Positions 38,873 through 50,800 of a DNA stretch of 64,000 nt are shown here, in pieces. The notes under the pieces were generated by a model. That model did not search any database. It worked only from the letters and a program-made list of their open reading frames with translations, and was not told the DNA's origin. The stretch is from Flectonema sp. DT1601. Lineage: Eukaryota. The stretch spans positions 1,054,001 through 1,118,000 of the forward strand of contig OZ025785.1 of NCBI GenBank assembly GCA_964019425.1, given 5' to 3'. The position numbers and the translations under genes were made by a program. Numbering within the stretch: position 1 is the stretch's first letter; the number at the start of each line of letters is the position of its first letter.

Positions 38873-41800
38873 ATGTTTTGTTCGAGAGTGCTAAGCGTGA
38901 TGGCGCTGTTGGCTGGAGCTCATGCTGCTGCTGCACCTACGACTTGCAACCCTGCGGGGTTGCGTGGAGAGGGACTGCTTCACCACGATGTGAAGCACCT
39001 AATGCCGGGGACATTTCAAAAGACTGCGGCGATGATCTCATCGAGACAGCAACATGTTGCTTGTGACGGGGACTGCGTCAGAAGCTTCAGGGACACCACC
39101 ACTCACTCACCGCTCAAGTATGTATTTCACTTAGGTGGACTCTTTTTTTCTTTTATTTTTTTGTTCAACTTGTTGCAAAAAAGAAAAAAAGAAATGGGGA
39201 AGGGGAAGGGATTGATAATAACAATAATAACAATATTTAAAAAAACAGCATTCACGTTGACTTTTCACTTTTGGATGATTCAAGATACGCTTGTCAAAAT
39301 ACTGGAGACATAATCCAGTTGGCGCACGACCCTTCTCCGGGAGCCGCAAATGCTTTTGGAGGGGGCGGGTACACGACGAGCAACAACATCGACTACGTGT
39401 GCCCGGATTCATGGGTGATGACGAGCAACAAGAAGCAAAGACTGAAGGACGCGGTGAACAGGGCAGTGACTCGAATCAAAACGGGTCTGATGGCCAAACA
39501 CGTGGTCGAAAACGAAGGAATCATCAAGACGGTCGACGGGAGGGTGAACTGCAACGCTCGGGACGGTGATTCGAACGTTTTCAGCAACCTGTTGATCGCA
39601 GAGAACGGAGTAGCGGCGGACTTCGTGTTGTATGTGACGGCCAACCCGGTGATCGTCTTTGACGGGTCGGGTTCCAGGATTCAAGCCAATGCTGCAGGTT
39701 GGCCGTGCCACTTTGCGAGGGAGAGTTCAAGACCGGTTATCGGTTTGATATCATTCCACCCGGATCAAGTGTCGGATATTGACAGTGAGGTTCAGTACAT
39801 GTCGAGCGTCGCGCTGCACGAGTTGGTTCAGGCGCTGGGATGGACTCCGGAGCTTGCGGTGAACGACAAGTACATCACCAACTGGAACGCTGAGGGAAGA
39901 ACGTTTGACCAACTTCCTATTGACCTCATGGTGACGAAGAGTGATCGTCTTGGAAAGAGGGGTTACCTGAGATCTCGCGAAGTGACCTTTGCCGAATTCT
40001 TCGACGATCCGTCGTGGGTGCAGCCGGCGTTTTCTTCGTGGAGGGAGTCCTACCCGATTGGTACCCCAGCGCAAGTGACGAAGCTGACGACTCCGACGGT
40101 GATCGAGCAGGCGAGGTTGCACTACGGGTGCAGCCCTACGGATGTCGATGGGCTGGAAGTCGAGGACTACACGTTTCGGGCGATGGGGTACGGCCGTGAT
40201 TGGAACGACTTTCCGCAACACTTTTCAGTTCTTTGGGAGAAGCGTATCGCCAACGACGAGGTTATGAACCTTCAGGTGACCTCGAAGGCGGTTCTGTCGA
40301 GGCTGACTCTCGCGATGCTTCAGGACACGGGGTACTACACGGCGGAGTTCTCTGCGGCGGAACCGTTGGCACACGGGAACAACGAGTGCTTTGTGCTGAC
40401 TTCGAACTGTTGGGCTTGGAGTGGTGATTACATTTGCCCGAGATCGGATGGATTGCCGGTGACGAGCCCCACGTTCTGCACTGCCGACCGACGTGGACGT
40501 GGTACCTGCAATGCCGGCGAGTACGTGGTGTACAGCAGGTCTGTTGTGCCTCGGGTCCCTCGTGAGTACCTTGTGGTCAAGGATGCGGTGACTGGAACGA
40601 GATACTTGCCGTACTATGTCCCCAATCTCAGTTCTTATGCAGAGTTTAACGTGATGAGGGAACCGATCGTCAGACTGAACGGAGGATGTGATGAAATCAT
40701 GGACTTCTGTCCGGTGTGGGAACAGGTTTCGGTTGAAGACGACTGCAGCAACCCGACGGGGTGGGCCGGCACTCCCGCGCAGTACACGGCCCCGGGATCG
40801 ACCTCTTCGTGCTTCGTTTCAAATCTTCGGACGTCTACCACGGGGACGCTTTCGGGAAGGTGTCTTCCTCACGTCTGCGAGGCTGCCGAGGCCGGGACGT
40901 TTGAGCTCACCCTGTTCGTGGGGAGGACTCAGGTAAAGTGCAGCACGAAAGGGAAAATACAAGCGGTCAGCTTGGCTGATGGGATTGGTGGGGATATCTA
41001 TTGTCCGGATCCCACTTTGTTCTGTGCAGGAAAGGCAGAGCTCCCTCCGGTGGCGTTGAGGTTAATCGAGGGTACGGGGGAAATAGTTGTCGGGGAGTCG
41101 ACGGAGTTCGTCATCGAGGCAACCGCGATGGGATCCATTTCGGGAGTGAGGAACCAGATTGGAATGTGTGTGGTGTCCGGGGAGATCGACGAGATGTCCA
41201 CGAGGGAAGCGAGCTACCACGGGAAGTGCGAGAGGGTTTCGACGAGTACTTTTACCCACATGGATTGCCCACTGTTGGATGATCCGGTGAGGAGGAGCTC
41301 GGCGCAGCAGTGCCACGCTGCGTGTTGTGCGGATCCGGATTGTGTGATGTGGCAGTGGATCACGTCCAGCGGCGTGTGCAAGCGGGGATCGACTGGACCG
41401 GAGCTGTGCGAGGGTAAGCCGTGGGAAGTAGCTCAAGATGGAGCATACCTCAGGCGGATTACTCAGTTGCCTTCCTCGGGACTTCTCCCTGGGGAGACAT
41501 GCAAGACGACATTCATGACGCGCCTCGGGTTCGAAGCGAAGGGACAGGCGAAGTTCAAGGTGTTTCTGAAGTCCGTGAGCAGCAAGATCGTGTTCTACGG
41601 GATCGGAGAAAACCTCCTCAATGACGTCATCGTGCGGACTGTGTCGGCGAAGGCCGGGCCTCCTTCGAACGTGAGGATCACGTCGCCGCCTGAGGGAACC
41701 GAGATTCTGTCCGGAAGCGGGTTCGATGTCACCGCGATCCTGACGGATGCGTACGGAAACCCTTCGAGGGGCACTGCCGATGGATCTGTTTGCCCGTGGG

Positions 41801-44800
41801 GGGTGAAGACTTCCGAGACGGATGTTGACTTCTTGGGTGACGACCGGGTGGTGATGGACGGGAAGTGCATTGAGCTGTACAGGACGGCGATGACGAAGGC
41901 CGCTGCGAAGGAGAAATGCAGGACGGCTTGGGGAGAAGGGATGGGGACCCTCGCGACAATCACGAGCTTGGAGATGGAACAGATGCTGGTTGGGGCCTCG
42001 GTGGGTTCTTTCTGGACGGGATTGGAGGTGACTGCCTTGACGATGCCGGCGACGACGACGTGGGATTCGGGGGCGGACTCGCAATGGTGGAGGGAGACTT
42101 ACGGAAACCCGAATGGTCAGGATTACGGTGAATGGGGTTACAGGAAGGGTTGCTGCAGCGGAATCTGGGAAGCGGATGTCGACAGGTACGAAACCACCGC
42201 GGCGTTTGATGCGAATCCTCGGATCAAGAGCTGCATTCGATTCAACCCGAGCGTGTACGAGTACTACCCTTACGAAGCGGTTCTTTGCCGTGAGAGCTAT
42301 CCGTTCTTCTGCGAGTTCAGGCCCCGATTGAAGTTGGTTGTGGACGCAGTGAGCGTGGATGCCGAGATAACTGCGCCTGTCGGAGTGTACGCGGGCAGCA
42401 ATGTGAGGTTCAATGGAGTTGTCGCTTTGAGAGCGCCAGTCGGAGACACTGTTGATGACCACGATACCTTCATGATTCAGGTCACCAGCCCGGGAACGAT
42501 CTTGTCGTCGACCGGAGGGCAGGTTATCTTGAAGTGGAAGGTGCCACCTCAGCCAACGCACATCCAGGCTCTGGGCTACGATAGCGGGTCTGCTACGTGG
42601 TTGCCGTCGATCACGGTTCAGGCGGGCGGAACCATCACTGTGACGATCAACCCGACCGATGTCGGGGGGAAGTTCATTTCTTGGAGCAACATTATGTACT
42701 ACGAGGTGAGGGACCTGTCTTCGGGGAACGCGTACGAATTCACAGGATCGTGTCCAAATGGGAGGGTGAAGGACGGATGCCGGGTTGTGATGACGCCGGA
42801 GAGCCATCCGTTCATTACTAAGGTGAAGACGATTGAGGTGGTCGCTTCGTCGGTGAAATTGACTGCCAACCCGGAATCGGTTCTGATCCACATTGTTCCG
42901 GGAACTCCGTGCGGGATCGACGTTGATTGCCCAGCGGCTGCCGAGTACGCATCGGTCATGGATCCAGTTGATTTTAAGATTGTTGATTGCTACGGCAACC
43001 CTGTCTGCGACAGGAGGAGCAACGGGATGCCGATCACCGTTTCAGGTGACGGGCAGCGGGCCCTCGCTTCGGGCTTCGGATCTTCTCCGACGTCTGTTTG
43101 CGGGGCGTTCAGCTCGGAAGGCGACTGCAGAGAGGGAGGATGCCTCTGGGGAACTGCACAGATGGATCCGTTGATCTGCGAGCCGGGAACCTGTTGCTAC
43201 TCTGTCAACGGTCCACGGTTGGTTCCACACCGCGGATCGAGCGATTTCTTGGGAGCGCAGAGGCTGTGTTTCCCCAATGATCGTGCCATCCTGTTCTCTG
43301 GTAGCGAGGCTCCGTACATCAGAACTGCGAGTTGCGCGTACGACCTTGCGGAATTGTCTGACTTCGAAGACATCTTTTACATCAGACCGTCGACTTCGGG
43401 GAAGCTGCACCTCGAGGTCGCTTCGAGTGGTTCAGAAATTGTGAAGCCCAACGAGTACGAAGAGATCGGGGACAAGTGTACCCCTGATTCCAACGGTGTG
43501 ACCGGACTACACGACACCTACACCTGGGACACAGCCGATTTCTGTGACCCAACGGAGTCGTCGTTCGATGCCGCAAGGTGTTTGAAGCCGATGAACGCGG
43601 ATGTTTGCAAAGAGCTTTGCAACCTGTACCCGAGTGCGGGCTGCATTGGAGTGGAGTACTCCGAGGCAGCTGTCGTCGCTGATTCAACAGCAGCATCGTG
43701 TCCCGCGGAGTACCCGATTGCATCTGACGGAAACACCTGTTGCAAGGCTGGTGATTCCTCGGACTGCACGGGATGCCCGGCGGTCGCCGACCAAAATCAG
43801 GAACAGAATTTTCTGTGCACCGTAGGTGGAAACAGCTTCGTTTTCCCCGGCAAACTCACGGATCTGGGACTCGTGTCATACCAGACAGTTGATGATGAAA
43901 GTTGTGCTGATGGTAGGAGAACGGTGCTGAAGTTCACTGATACGGCAGCCCACCACGACAGAATATTAGGTCGGCTTAGTTGTGGGACCTTGGGTGCGAG
44001 TAGTGTCACCCCTGCTAACACGTGTGTTGCACACGCTCGTGTAGAAAGCTTTGGCGAGTATGCTGGATGTCGCATTCAGCAAGCTTCCGTTTCCGAATTT
44101 CGAGTAGTAAATGCTGTTGAAGGATGCCCTGTGTTCTGTGATGCAAGGGGGTACCAATACTGGGGTTTGGTCTGTCCGTTCGTTGATGGGACAGTAGGGT
44201 GCATATGTTCTACACCTGCTGAATTTGATGGATCAGCTGTGACGGATGATGCCGATTGCTGGTCAGCCAGTGGGAACGAGCCTCAGTGCAACGGTGCGAG
44301 CTTGAAAATTGGAACAACAATTTATGGCTCGGGTCGCAGTGAGAGGGCGGCAGCTTTCTACAGGGTAACGCGGTCTGTTGCTGTGTCTACTTCGAGGACT
44401 TGCGCAGACTGGAAATCTGATGCGAAAAGCTGCTCATTGATGTTGAAGGGACCGAGGCCAGCGTCCACCACGACCATTACCAACGGGCCTGTGGTCTACG
44501 GACTAAAAGACGGACACACCGGAAACCTTAACAACTACGAGAACACTTTGACGAAGGCGAGCGCGCCGTCGGAATCGACAGCGGGCGACATGTGCTTCCG
44601 CAGAGGGGTGACGATCAAGGGAACCAAGCCAAGCCTCAGCGTTCAGATATTCGGACCGAAGGATTCGCTCGAGGCAGTTGATGGGGAAAGAGGCAGAGAA
44701 GAACTCTGGACGTGCGAACCCTCCCCGTCGTCGAGTGTGTCGTTGAAGCAGGCAAACGTGGAGGCGAACCGAATCTACGCGATCAAAATCAATGTTCTCG

Positions 44801-47800
44801 AGGAGGTTGATGCGGTTGAGTCAAAGCCTCTGTACACGGTGAGGCTCGGCGAGGAGAACGAAGCCGGACTGTCTTGCGGAGAGGACATGGAGTGCACGGC
44901 GGGACATCCGTGCCCAGCAACATGCAGTGAGTCGATGTTCTCGGGATTGATTGTCCCTGCTGAGAGCGGGAGCTGTGCCGAGTCGACGTTGACGGTGTCG
45001 CTTCGCGCCGACAAGGAATGGACTGATGAGTTTGGCCTGACGATCACGGAGGGGACTTGCGAGGTTGCGATGGGTTGCTCAAAGTTCTCGCTTCAGGCAC
45101 CCGATGAGATTACTTCGGGAAGGACGCTCTGGAACTTCGTGGCGTTCTCGGTGTCGGCTTCGGCGGGACAAAATCTCGGCGACAGGCAAATTGCATGGAG
45201 GCTGGTGGCGATTGACTGCGAAAACAATGTGGTGGAGTCGTGGAGCAGCGTGACCGACACGGAACTGGATGCGGCGAACGGCTACTCGAGTTCGGCAAGC
45301 AGAGACTTCGAGGGTCCTGCGTGGGGATCGGGATACCGTGGAACGTGCTCGTACATCACTTTGAGGATCATTTCAACCAGCCACCCGATCAAGGCTGCGG
45401 AGAAGAGGGTTGTCGTGCTGCCGGGTAATCCGTATGCGGTGGAAATCCTGAAGGATGTCCCGAGCTGCTACGAGGCGTGTGACGGAGATGCGGGTTGCGA
45501 CAACCTCCGATTCTCTGTTGTCCTGAGGACCGAAATCGGTACCAGGTCGCTCACGGATGGGATTGAGTGTACGGCGTCGGCTGAACACCTCGATGAAGGG
45601 AATAACCGTTACGTGTCGTCCGCGTTCTCGCCGTTTCCGAAAATCGTGAAGCAGACTGCTCAGGGAGTGGCGACGTTCTCGACCGGGTACAAGCGGGCGG
45701 GAGATCTAAAGATCGTCGTGAGCTGCGTGTGTGCGACGTGTGCGGGTGACAGGAGGGCTGTTGTGATGCAGAGCATGCAAAGGTTCGTGGAGGTATTCCC
45801 GGCTGCGCCGTCGTCGATCACCTGCAGCGCGCCGACCCGTGTGTTGGCGGTTGACGACATCGATGTATCGGCGTTTCTTTCGGACGAGTACGGAAATGAG
45901 GTTTCCGAGAGGGTGTCTGGAATGGAGCTGTCCCTGAGGAAAACGTCTCCTGGAGAGGGGACTGGGGCCCTGGCTGGGGCGAGGTCGGTGGCCCTGTCGC
46001 CGAACGGTGATGCCGAGTGGATCGTGCAGCACGATAAGACTGTCAACGCGTTGGCGATCGAGATCTCGGTCGCGGCACCGACGCTGAGCTCCCCGTCGGA
46101 ACCGTATTCGTACACCGGGTGCTTCACGACTTCGAACGTGGGGTCTTTGCTCGGAAGCGGTTGCACGAAGAAGAGGGAGTCGGAGAACATGACCCCGGCG
46201 ATGTGCGCAAAGGTGTGCGCAATCTTCCCGACGTTCGTGCTCACCGGGAACGATGTTGGTTCGAGGGCGACGGTCTGCATGTGCTCGATGCAGGAGGCGA
46301 TCACGGGAACGCCGACGGCGGGAGCGAATTGCCAGAGGCACGGATGTCAGGGAGACGTGCTCGGAACGAACAGCAGATGCGGATGCGCTGTGGGAACGGA
46401 TGCGAGGATCGTGGCAGCTTACAGGAGGAACACGAACTACCAGCAGACCGGGATCGCGGCGACGACGTGCGGTTTGATCAGGGTGTACCCGAACAGGCCT
46501 CGGGCGTTGAAGATCACCAAGCAGCCGTGCGAGTGGGTTGGAAACACGCTGGTGGGGAACTACGAAAGGAGGTGCCAGCAGGCGCTGAGCAGCGCGAGGT
46601 GCCCGGATGCGGCTGTGAACCAGCAGATGAGCTACACGGTGGGGGTTTACGATGCCGGTGGGAACTTGGCGGACACGGCTGGCGACTACAGGACGTTCGC
46701 GAATGCGAGATCGGTGAGGGAGTGTTACAAGAGGTTGGTGACGACGACGACGGTCGGGGGCGAGGAAATCGAAACAGACGAGGTTTGCTTCGACGGGTAC
46801 CCGGACGTGGAGGTGTCGCTGGAGCGGATCTCGTACGCGGGAGGACTGTCGATTCAGCCTGAGAAGCACAACCTTCGAAGCGGAAACGTGTTTACATTTA
46901 CCACGACGCAGGTGGACGTGGGATGTGTTGTTTTGTGGGCGACTGCCGACGGGGCGTTGGATAGTTCGGCGGCGACGAACAAGATTTGCTTCCACGCGGG
47001 GCCGATTGCCCGGATCGTAATCGTCGAGTCGCCGGAACAGGTGTTCGCTTTGAGCAAGTTCCCGTTGTCGAAGGCAGTTGTCTACGACAGGAACGACAAT
47101 AAGGTCACCTGGGCGACTTCGTCACTCGGAATCTACCCGTGGGACGACGGTGCGCAGCCGAACGCGGAGGAGTTTTGTCTGGGGAGGGTGACGACGGGGG
47201 AGGGGGAGGTGAGAACCGTTCCCCGCGTGGTGAACGCGCTCATCAATTTGGGGGCGAACCACCCCGGTGCGACTTCGGAAAGCAGGAGGCCGTACAATCC
47301 GAGCACGAAGCTGAGCGGCGGTGAGACGACGTTCGGAGGGTTCGCGTACCAGTCTCTGGAAGACGGTCTGGACACCCCGTGCTTCAGGTTGAGGTTGTCG
47401 TTGGAGAGGGATGGCGGGAATCCGTCGGTGTTGGGATGCCCTGCCGGAACGTCGGGTCGGTTGATCGAAGCGCTCCAGCTGAAGGAAGATGAGTATTCAA
47501 CTGTTGTCGGTCTCTCTGATCGCATTGAAATATTGCCGGCGTCGCTTGCGTTGGTTTCCCCGTCGAGCGACACGGTGACCGTCAAGGCCGGTACTCCGGT
47601 TACTGCGATCATCTTCTGGACTGCTGACACCCAGTGCTTTGCGGATCCGACGTGCCAAACCGACGCGTTCAAGGTTCGGATGGAGTACGTGTCGGGGCCA
47701 ACGAGTTTATCTGACTGCGCGATGTGTGGTTACGAGGTTTCGTCGCCTGATGGCAGGCAGGTTCGGTTCTCGAACATCATTCGCAGGGTCGCGGGTACCT

Positions 47801-50800
47801 ACAAGTTCCGTTTCTGGGGGACGTCGCAGGACGTTCCTTTCGCGGCACCTGTTGACCTGACGATCATAATCCTCGCTGCTGATGCCGATAGCTTGAACAT
47901 CGTGTGCCCTGAGGAAGTGGTTTTCGGGTCCGGGTTGGTTGTCGACGCGGGGACGATGTTCGCGTACCAAGTGGATGTTCGGGATGGGTACGGCAACCCG
48001 GTGAAGACGTGGAGCGAGGACATCTCGTTGCACGCGAGGGTCGCTGGCGGATTTAGGACGTACGCTCCGTGGTACGACTTTGGGCAGCCGATCCACGTGT
48101 CCCAAACGCAGGGGAACACGTACGCCGTTTTCAACGGGCTCTCGATTGAGAAGACCGGAAGGTACGAAATCTACGCGAAGTCGGGGAGGTTGTTTAACGA
48201 CTTGTGCACGGTGACGATTACCGCTGCGGAACCGGAAAACTGTGCCGCGTATTTGACGGACAGCCCGGTAGAAGCGCAGCCGGAGTACGTGAAGGCGGGA
48301 GTGAACATGAGGATCCGGGTTACGTTCCACGATGCGTACGGGAATCTGATTGCGGCGAAGATGAACGGGGAGACGGTGACCGTGGACCTCGCGCAGGGAG
48401 TTACTGGAATGCTCCACGGGACGACGGAGAAAGTGGTGAGCTCTGCGCTGACGTTCTTCGACGTGAACTACCAGGTGGCACCGAAGGAGATCGGGTTCAT
48501 CGCTTCCGCGAGGGAAGGGTCGTTGTCGTGCAGCACCGACGGTTTGCTGATCGTCGCCAACGACCCGGCGACGATTAAGATTATTGAGGTTCGCGAGAGG
48601 GAACCGAGTGCGGAGACTCCACCGAAGGAGCCGTTGCAGCCTATCGAGGGACCGAACAACGATGAGTACCTGTCTCCGTTGACTGCTGGAGAAGACTTCT
48701 GCGTGAAGGTCCACATTGTCGACGAGTTTGGAAACATCGTGGACGAAAGCAATGAGGAGATCAGGAAGTTGTACACGTCGAACGCGGGTACAGGAAACAA
48801 CGGCTCGCCGCCAATCTTCAGTTTCGATCAGGCGAACACGCAACCCTTGTTCACGTTTGGAGGTGATTCTAATTCTGACGGAGGTTTGTTGTCTTTCTTG
48901 GATGACGAGCAGGGGTCCGATGAATGTAACGACAACTTCATCCTCCTTCCGTTCTTTGGCTTCGAACCGCCCCAGGAATGCGGTTCGGGGGTTCCTGTGT
49001 TGGATACCGATGACTTGCCGCTTGATAACAACCCGACTCTCGATGATGGAAACGCTGAAGCGATCGGGGGGGAAACGTCTCCCCAGGAGAGCAACCCCGA
49101 GTACCCGATGAGGCGGGTGACGCTTGCCAGGTCCGGATGTGCGAGGGTTGACGGATGCAAGAGCACCACCGATGAACTTGACGGGACGACGCAGCTGGAC
49201 TCTGTGAACGGAGTGTTCGATATTTGTGGAGTGCAGTACGTCCGGTCCGAGTGCATTTACATCATGGCGTCGTCGGCGGACCTCGGAACCGACGAGTCTC
49301 CAAAGGTTTGCGTGTCGCACGCGGTGTGGGACAACATGCAATGCGTGACGACTACTACGAGAACCGCGCAGGGGAGGGAATTCGGAGGATTCAAGGTGTC
49401 GATGTTCGACGTGCACGGGAACCCTGCGAGGAGCTGTTCGAGGGATTCGGATGACAGGTCATGTGAGGTGACGATCCAGGAAATGGAGGAGAGAACAACA
49501 AACGGGTACACGTGCTGCGGGAAGAAGACGGACCCGAACCTGGCACCGGGAGTTTTGACGGGAGAGGAGCTGACGATCGACGCAGCTGGCGGAAAGGCGG
49601 ACTTCGATGAGTTGGTTTACAGCAGAGGAAGGCCGGCGAGCGATGCCCTCGAGATTGAGGTGGTTGGGGCTGACGGAATCCGTGCGTACTGCGGTCAGGT
49701 TGTAGTCGTGGGAGTCCGTTTGGTGTGTACGGAGTCCCCTCCGGAGGTGGTTGCCGGAGAGGCGTTCGCGGTTGAGGCGAAGATGATGACCTGGAGCGCG
49801 GCTGACGGGGAGTACGTGGACATCAACTGCGTTGGGGAGAACAGGAACACCCTGTGTCCTACAATGGGGAGGCTCAGAGTTGCCCAGAGCACGGGAACGT
49901 TATCCGGAAACTACTTCTTCGTGAGACAGGCTGGGGCGTCCGGGTACTCGAATGCGCACTGCGGTGCGGCGGCAACAAGGGGAGCGTGCGGCGGAATTGC
50001 GGACCCGGCATGTTCGTACGGCGTTCACGTGACGGAGCCGTTCCCTGCGATGAAGAGCGCGCTGAGCTGCTACAACCCGACGCCGGACTTCAGCGGGTTC
50101 CAGGTGTCTCCAAACACGTTGGGGCAGCTGACGTTCTCGTCGCTGAGGTACTACACGGCGACGACGTTCAGGCCGGAGGCAACCCCGAAGCACGCGAGCG
50201 TTTCGACGAGGCAGTGGGCTGCGGCAGTGGCGGCTGACAGCGAGGCCCCGGGGGTGTGCGATCCGGTGAAGGTGGTGGCGAACAAGCCTTACGAGCTGTG
50301 CATGGGTGGGACCACGAGTTCGTTTCAGGCAATCCTGCACAAGGGGTACTCGGAGACCCCGAGCTCGGTCAGGTACGGAGCGAAGTTTGAGAGGTGCAAG
50401 TTGCTTTGCGACGCGAGCAACACCTGCAAGAAATGGGCGTTCGTGCCGGATGAGAAGGTGTGCAAGCTGTACACTGCAGGGGACATCGTGCCGACCGCCG
50501 ACGAAGAGGGAACGGTGTCGGGATGCAAGGAATCGGACGACCCGGCGTGCAAGTGCACGTGTGCTGGGGCGGAGGGTGGTTGCCCGGCATGCTTCACGGT
50601 GAAGCCTGGAAGCTGCTCCAAGTGCGCGGGTCCGAACTGCGGTAGTTGCCCGGCGAAGACTGTCGTTGCGGGAAGACCTTTGACGATGGGGATGAGGATT
50701 CACGATGAGTGGGGCAATGAGATCTCTGAGACGATTACGAAGGAAGTGGTTGTGTCGTGCAAGGTGACGCGGGGACCGCTTCGCAACCCCGAGTACCGCC

